Shown: positions 34,230-40,305 of the stretch, in pieces
How positions within the stretch are numbered: position 1 is the first letter of the stretch
Layout: each line of letters opens with the position of its first letter
From: Octopus bimaculoides
Lineage: Eukaryota
Direction of reading: 5' to 3'
Assembly (NCBI RefSeq): GCF_001194135.2
Contig: NC_068989.1
Coordinates: 6,715,310 to 6,755,614, forward strand
Length of the DNA stretch: 40,305 bases
Notes under the pieces: generated by a model
The model's database searches: none
What the model was told of the DNA's origin: nothing
Seen by the model: only the letters and a program-made list of their open reading frames with translations
Position numbers and translations under genes: made by a program

Positions 34230-35299
34230 ACAAACACTGAAAATGCCTCCAGTTTCGTAAGGAACTGAGAAATTAATAATACCTTGTTCTCAATTGCGCA
34301 TAAATGACTTTTACTCACGCAAACGCTGTATGATTTGCATTTGCAGGTGTGGTCCATTTAAATGTTCCATAGCTTATAACTTTCTCATTAGATACAAATT
34401 GTATTCCTATATTAATCTGGAATCGTAGTTAATTCAATACATGAATGATTGGCTGGGTTTCTTTTATATCTGTTCTTGATTGTGATTATATTTAAGTCCA
34501 TATATATCCGATTGCTTATATTCTATGACACATTCTGGAGCAGGTATTTCCTGTGAAGGAACAATTATATATATATATATGTGTGTGTGTGTGTCTGCGT
34601 GATAGTGTCCATGTCTGTACATGCGTGCATGTTTGTGTAAATAACTCTGCTACTCAACACTTTGTTACACTGAGAGTTTACCAAACACACGCTCAAACGG
34701 ATATTGACAACATGAGGCTACAAAATGCCTTGAAAAACAAACCGTCATTTCACAGAAAACCTTTACTCGAATTAGACCACATACTAAAGCATGAAAGAAA
34801 TTCATGTTCAAGGTTTAATATCCAACTATTATGTTGTGATACATATATTCGAACGTGACAGCGTACTGAGTTGCATGGAACATCGTCGTTAAGGAAAACA
34901 AGCTGTTGTAATATCTTGTTTATGTATATTAAATATAGCAATTTGCGTGATTAAGCTTAATAATCTATGTAGAATAGAACAATATAATTTATCATAGTCG
35001 CTGAAGAACACCTCATTAGCGACCAACGCTTACTACAGGAAATGTGAATAGGAAAATTAAATGTCAGGTGAATGAACAGGAGAGCATACGTCTATAAAGC
35101 CACAGGAAGTGACGCAGTAAACTTTAATGTTTTGTGATAACAACATACAATTGACCAGCACGCATTAAGGGCCTTGAACAATTCGAATCTAAACATTAGG
35201 AATAGCATGTTATGTAAACTATTTATGTATCACAATATTTTCTAACATAAACTAAGTTACGACATGAAAAATCATAAAGAGAGCTTGTTGAACGTTTGG

Positions 35300-36370
35300 A
35301 GTTTGTGATAAAACTAAAAATCTATATGAATTAGATAATGATATGTACACCAACCTCCTATATATCAATATTATTCAAAAAGCCACTTCGCACACGTACA
35401 ACGACATCAATATTGAAGCCAAACATACAATAAATGAAATTAAAACTATACTGCTGTATAGTATGTTTGGCCAAGCGTGTAGCAATATCACGTTGAAAGA
35501 TCTCAAAGGGAACTTCTATTCCACTGCAAACTGCAGATTAATTAACCCAGCCAAGAGTAAAATCGGATTAATTATTAAACATATCATAAATAATATAAAT
35601 GTCAAAAACAGGAAAGCTACAGACATTCGACAATTGAATAAATTGCTATGCAGCAGCCAGTTTGTTAAATAATATTAATATCAATATTAATTGTAAGTTC
35701 CTGAATTCGAAATTGTTGAATTTTATCGTTTTGTCTCTGAAACTTTACTAACCAGCGCTTTAACATTTGCCAAGGAATATTAAACTTTAAACTATAAAGA
35801 CATATAAACAGCAATGAATGCCAGAAAAACACGAATGTTTGATAGAAATTCCGCATGGATAAATGAGAAGACAATTTAATGAATACGATGTTAGTTTGGA
35901 CTCGTTTGATGATGTTGAGCCATTATAGTGCCACGCATCTCAGACACCTTAAATTACAGTATCAGAACATTAACGAATATAGAGATATATAGGGACGATG
36001 GATTCAAACAATGTTACCAGTCTATCTACAAAAATAATAAAAATAATTAAACTCATAAAAGTTTTAACTAACACAGTTAGTTTTTAGAATTATTGTATTT
36101 TAGTATTAATGTGTTTTAGTATTATTGAATTTTAGATGTAATATCAAATTTCAAGACGAATAAATTTCAACAATCCAATAACCTGAAATAAATGTTGATT
36201 TGCATGAATCAGGATTCTAGACACCTCCAGCATCCTCTTCAAATATTTTATAATTATCATAACGAGAAATATCTCATCTCACGTTAGAGAAAGAATTACC
36301 TGAGCTAGCGATAAACATTATTCTAATAGCACCCTAAAGAAAAGAATTTAATGAGGAGAAGCACTTGTTC
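35300..36370 (+). mobile_element. Decayed Penelope-like element RT remnant
   Basis: CDKTKNLYELD, ITLKDLKGNF...CRLINPAKSKIG, EFEIVEFYRFVSETLLTSALTFAKEY, YDVSLDSFDDVE and the catalytic IYRDDG (YRDD at 35988-35999) occur across frameshifts. These are PLE-type RT motifs. Confidence 0.8.
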
Positions 36371-36849
36371 ACCAAGATTCTTGGGCCAAGACAGAATAGT
36401 CATGGGAAAAGTAGTATTATTGCACGTTTAACTCGCTTTTCGCAATAAAAATCAAAAACAATATTTAGACATTACATACATCGTTCATTGATACGTATTT
36501 CTCTTTAACCTAAAGATAACGGGCTTTATTCATTCATAGCACATTCAAATATCATTTAAATAGTTCTTATATGAATGATCCAGCATTTCTGAGATAATAC
36601 GTTGTGTATATATGGAAATAAAGAGTCAGCTCACCAGAAACAGAACTACTAAAGTTAAATGGCATTACATCAGCATGTCTCATTTTGGACGATTTCAAAA
36701 GCCCTTACTACACTTTTCAAAGCAAATGGAAGAGGAAATGTCAAAACCTTACATTCATACAATATACACACGTGTGCGTGCGTGCGTGCGTGCGTGTGTG
36801 TGTGTGTGTGTCTTTCTGAAGCAGCCAGTACATATATAGGAAGCTAGAA

Positions 36850-37850
36850 AATTCGTTGTTGGTCAGTCAATTTCCATTATCCAATTCGAAGTATCCCTAG
36901 ACTACTTCAATCTGTTAACCTCGTTTCAATTCATTATTTCGGTCTCAGTTCAAGTTGTCATTCAGGAAAACCTCATTTGTTTCGTAACGAGGAAATTCAG
37001 TTAGCTATCGAATCGCTGCTGTGAGTTTTTATAACTGTTTTCTGAGCTGGTTTTCTTTAATATCTAATCTAAGTAAATTCCGTAGATATAGTAGTTGTTT
37101 GCTTGCGCCAGTCGCAATCCTTCTGCTATACACTAATTTGAGAAATTCTCCTGAATTCTGTATGGTTATTTCTCTTCCTAGAATTTTACTGCTTCCAGCC
37201 GTAATCCAGTGGCGATATTTGGAAATAGGCTGGTCACGTCGAAACTAACAACGATCTTTTACATATTTTCTATTTCTGGAACGTGGTTTGCGAAGAACAT
37301 ATCCCTGACGAAAATAGGAATCGACTTGTTTAATAGTTGCAAAATCATGTCCAGTAAATTATTTAATCGCTGGGAGCTTGGTGTTGAACATGCAAGAATT
37401 GAGCGCAATTTTAAAGCAGATGGTTTGGGAACCTTTATATATAGTGTATGGAGATCTTTAAGCTGTTTTGGATTTCATTAGATTTTGATATTTCCATAAA
37501 AGTTATAATTCAATTCCATTTTCTGAGTCAAATTATTTTCAAATTCGAAAGTTAATCTCTTAATTTTGTTCAGAATATCTCGTATGTCAAAAAACAATTT
37601 GGTTTGGCGAATATGTTAATCACGAACAAACAAGAAATTTTTATCCTGCGTAAGTGCATAAGAATTGGAACAGATAATAAAAATTTTGATACCAGAATAA
37701 TTTATACAAAACAGTCATTTTTATACACGAAATCTAAATTTTGAATTCTTAAAATACTTTTTGCCTTATTTTAATAAGTAATTTTCAGTTCTGACTTCAG
37801 TAATAAATTTCAAAATAAGGTTTTATAAATAAATTCTAGTTTTAGATTGT
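36850..37850 (-). mobile_element. Decayed Penelope-like element RT remnant of a different lineage
   Basis: The minus strand reads LKLRSILACSTPSSQRLNNLLDMILQLL and VSFDVTSLFPNIATGLRLEAVKF, the PLE RT motif of the SFDV.SL.TNIP type. There are many stops, and the boundaries are approximate. Confidence 0.7.
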
Positions 37851-38211
37851 AATTTACATTGTCATCTTTGTATATGTGTCATTATTACGAACATTCTTTG
37901 TTATGGGTAAAAGAGAAAGAAACTTTGACGGAGGAAAAAAAAAAGTTATTTTATCAATATTTACAGTTGTTTGTTTTTTTTCCAATACAATATTCCAACT
38001 TTTGTTATTTCAACATATTATAAATAGAAGACAATCTATGTATCTTAATGTAGATTTGAATGCCTTGTTTAAACGCTATTTAGTAGCTTAGTGGAATTCT
38101 AGTTTGGATATTGAGAATGAATTCACCTGACAATGAATTGGCGTGCGAAATACTGGCCGTTCGTTGTGCATAATCCAGACCCTACGAAATAAATATAGAT
38201 ATGTATATATA

Positions 38212-38240
38212 TATATATATAGATAGATAGATAGATAGAT

Positions 38241-38313
<73 letters not shown>
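38212..38313. repeat. (GATA)n microsatellite
   Basis: Directly visible. Confidence 0.97.
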
Positions 38314-38314
<1 letters not shown>

Positions 38315-39373
38315 GTGTGCGTGTATATACACACACAGATGTATATAATATATACATTACACGCACACACACAGATATATATACATATAGACAAATCCTG
38401 TTTGCAACTACCGTGATATCAGTTCCAACAGAACATTGTAATGAACAAGACATACTTAAGAAAGAGAACGCATTTCATTTGCAGAAAGATGTGGAGTAGA
38501 TTTTCAAATCGAAGAAAACACAACATACTGTAAGGTGCTCAGAGACGGGAATCTGGGAAAATGAAAAACCCGAGAGTAAATTATTTTTACCCTTAGAATC
38601 CCTATTAAGGATAAGTAAATCAGAACCTAACGAAGAACCAAATTCAGAATAAACCTCATACTTCAAGAATTCTAAGCAGAAATCATTCTATTACAACTTG
38701 GAGAAACTAAATTCAAACACAAATTCGAAGAACGTGACGCCATAGTGAAGAAAGAAATCACTGAACTAACGAACAGGAAGACACGAGAAAAAAAACATTA
38801 TTAGATGTGTGAGAAAAAGACAAGGAAAGGAAAGAAATAAAATCAAATATATTATTCTAACTGAAAAGCTGGGGTTACTGGAGTAGGAAGCTAATTACGG
38901 AAGAGAATTAGTGAAAAGTAAAAGTGAAACAAGAATTCTTGAAATAGACGACTTAAGAACAACAACGAAAGCAACCATAACACTTTCCGTAATTCTTTAC
39001 ACATAGGATAAAGAAATAAACAATGGGTTACAACGCATAACCCCTCATATGCAGAAGTAATAAAAATATGGACAGAAATTTAATAATTCATAACAAAACA
39101 AACTTAACTACCGTAAACACTAACAAGCAATAAGAATGGAAATACAAAAGAAAACAGGCTGTCAAGCCAAAGAAAACAGCAAAAATGTACTGAAAACAAA
39201 CCAACATAGAAGGAAGATGATACAAGAACTACAAGAAACTTCCCTTCTAATGAATAAACTATAAAAAACAGTACAAATGACTCAAAGAAAAGAAAAACCT
39301 TTTGGCCTCCTTTTTCTCTAACACACCTCCCATCTGGACCGTCTCAACGCCCATTATGGGCCGGGCGGTAGCA

Positions 39374-39397
39374 CCCACTTTGAGAACCTGTGCTCTA
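39374..39397. mobile_element. Possible hAT/Charlie-type TIR remnant
   Basis: CCCACTTTGAGAACCTGTGCTCTA resembles the reverse complement of CAGTGGTTCTCAAAGTG termini. No partner end was found. Confidence 0.3.
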
Positions 39398-39629
39398 AAT
39401 AAATAAAGAAAATTATCAACTTAGAAATGTGACATTTGACAACTTCTGAAACTAAACTGGAAATTGTCAGCTATACTACAGAAACAACCACCTCTATATT
39501 GATTACCTAACAACACACACGTCTGAAAAGCCGACAAGAACGGAAACTTCAATGCGTAAGGTCCGTGTCAGTCTGTTACTTAAAGGAAAGATTATAAGAA
39601 AATTTTAAAATTCAGCGTCTTTCTTTGTA

Positions 39630-39668
<39 letters not shown>

Positions 39669-40164
39669 CCTGTAATTATGTATGTATTTATGTATGCATA
39701 TTCTTGAGTGTATATGTATATGTACTAAGGTATTCCCAGTTGAATATTATACATTCGATATAACAGGCAAATGAATGTCATATTACTGTTATTTAAATAA
39801 GTATATATNNNNNNNNNNNNNNNNNNNNNNNNNNNNNNNNNNNNNNNNNNNNNNNNNNNNNNNNNNNNNNNNNNNNNNNNNNNNNNNNNNNNNNNNTATA
39901 TATATATATATATATATGGGGGATGCGGTACTAGCTCCCTTCTATCACATTTGCATTCACGAGTGAATATATATATATAACGGGAATATTTACTTGTCAT
40001 ATTGTAAATCTTCGAAACGCCAGCATAAAAACGTTGATAATCAGAAGTTAATTATAATGATAAGAAAACTACGTGTGATAAGTAATTCTTCCTTTGTAGA
40101 TGATGCACCTGCTTTATCTCTTACGTAAATGCATAGATATGAGTGCGCGTGCGTGATACACGTA

Positions 40165-40206
40165 CATGTATATTTATATATATATAAGTATATATATGTG
40201 TGTGTA

Positions 40207-40239
<33 letters not shown>

Positions 40240-40249
40240 GCATACACAC

Positions 40250-40305
<56 letters not shown>
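40165..40305. repeat. (TA)n/(TG)n tract running to the window end
   Basis: Directly visible. Confidence 0.95.

Larger units (their letters stand above)
1064..39896. other. 17 assembly gaps (about 5.1 kb of N)
   Basis: N runs at 1064-1169, 2676-2685, 3144-3415, 3894-4881, 5557-5943, 7014-7092, 9086-9425, 15853-15990, 18817-19275, 20671-20808, 24185-24791, 26485-26799, 27910-28124, 28648-29136, 30350-30754, about 31976-32016 and 39809-39896. Most abut simple repeats. Confidence 0.97.

Noticed and set aside
403-40253. The many ORFs made of YI, HT, CV, LSIY, poly-L/I/N/V/H or X runs
   Set aside because: They are translations of microsatellites and N-gaps and have no coding signature.
1-40305. 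CRISPR arrays, operons or prokaryotic systems
   Set aside because: There are no regularly spaced repeats with unique spacers and no dense coding. The sequence is clearly animal-like non-coding DNA.

Overview
Eukaryotic, AT-rich, repeat-dominated draft-assembly sequence with 17 N-gaps totalling about 5.1 kb, most of them abutting microsatellites. The repeat families look like those I recall from Octopus (coleoid cephalopod) genomes; this is inference, not a database result. I cannot recognise any intact protein-coding gene, true tRNA/rRNA gene or CRISPR array, and nearly all listed ORFs are microsatellite or N-run artefacts. The window contains: (1) about a dozen tRNA-derived SINE copies or fragments from three families; (2) a nested stack at 21.6-24.0 kb, where a decayed RTE-clade LINE is split by an internally deleted mariner (TIRs plus TA duplication) and by a 5'-truncated CR1-like LINE; (3) a second CR1-like 3' end; (4) two decayed Penelope-like (PLE) reverse-transcriptase remnants in convergent orientation; (5) two short related repeats carrying degenerate minimal hammerhead-ribozyme-like motifs of the PLE type; (6) a few weak exon candidates. 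I found no convincing previously undescribed biological system. The best leads are the hammerhead-like repeats, a hairpin module shared between SINE families, and a possible isolated exon near 15.4-15.5 kb.
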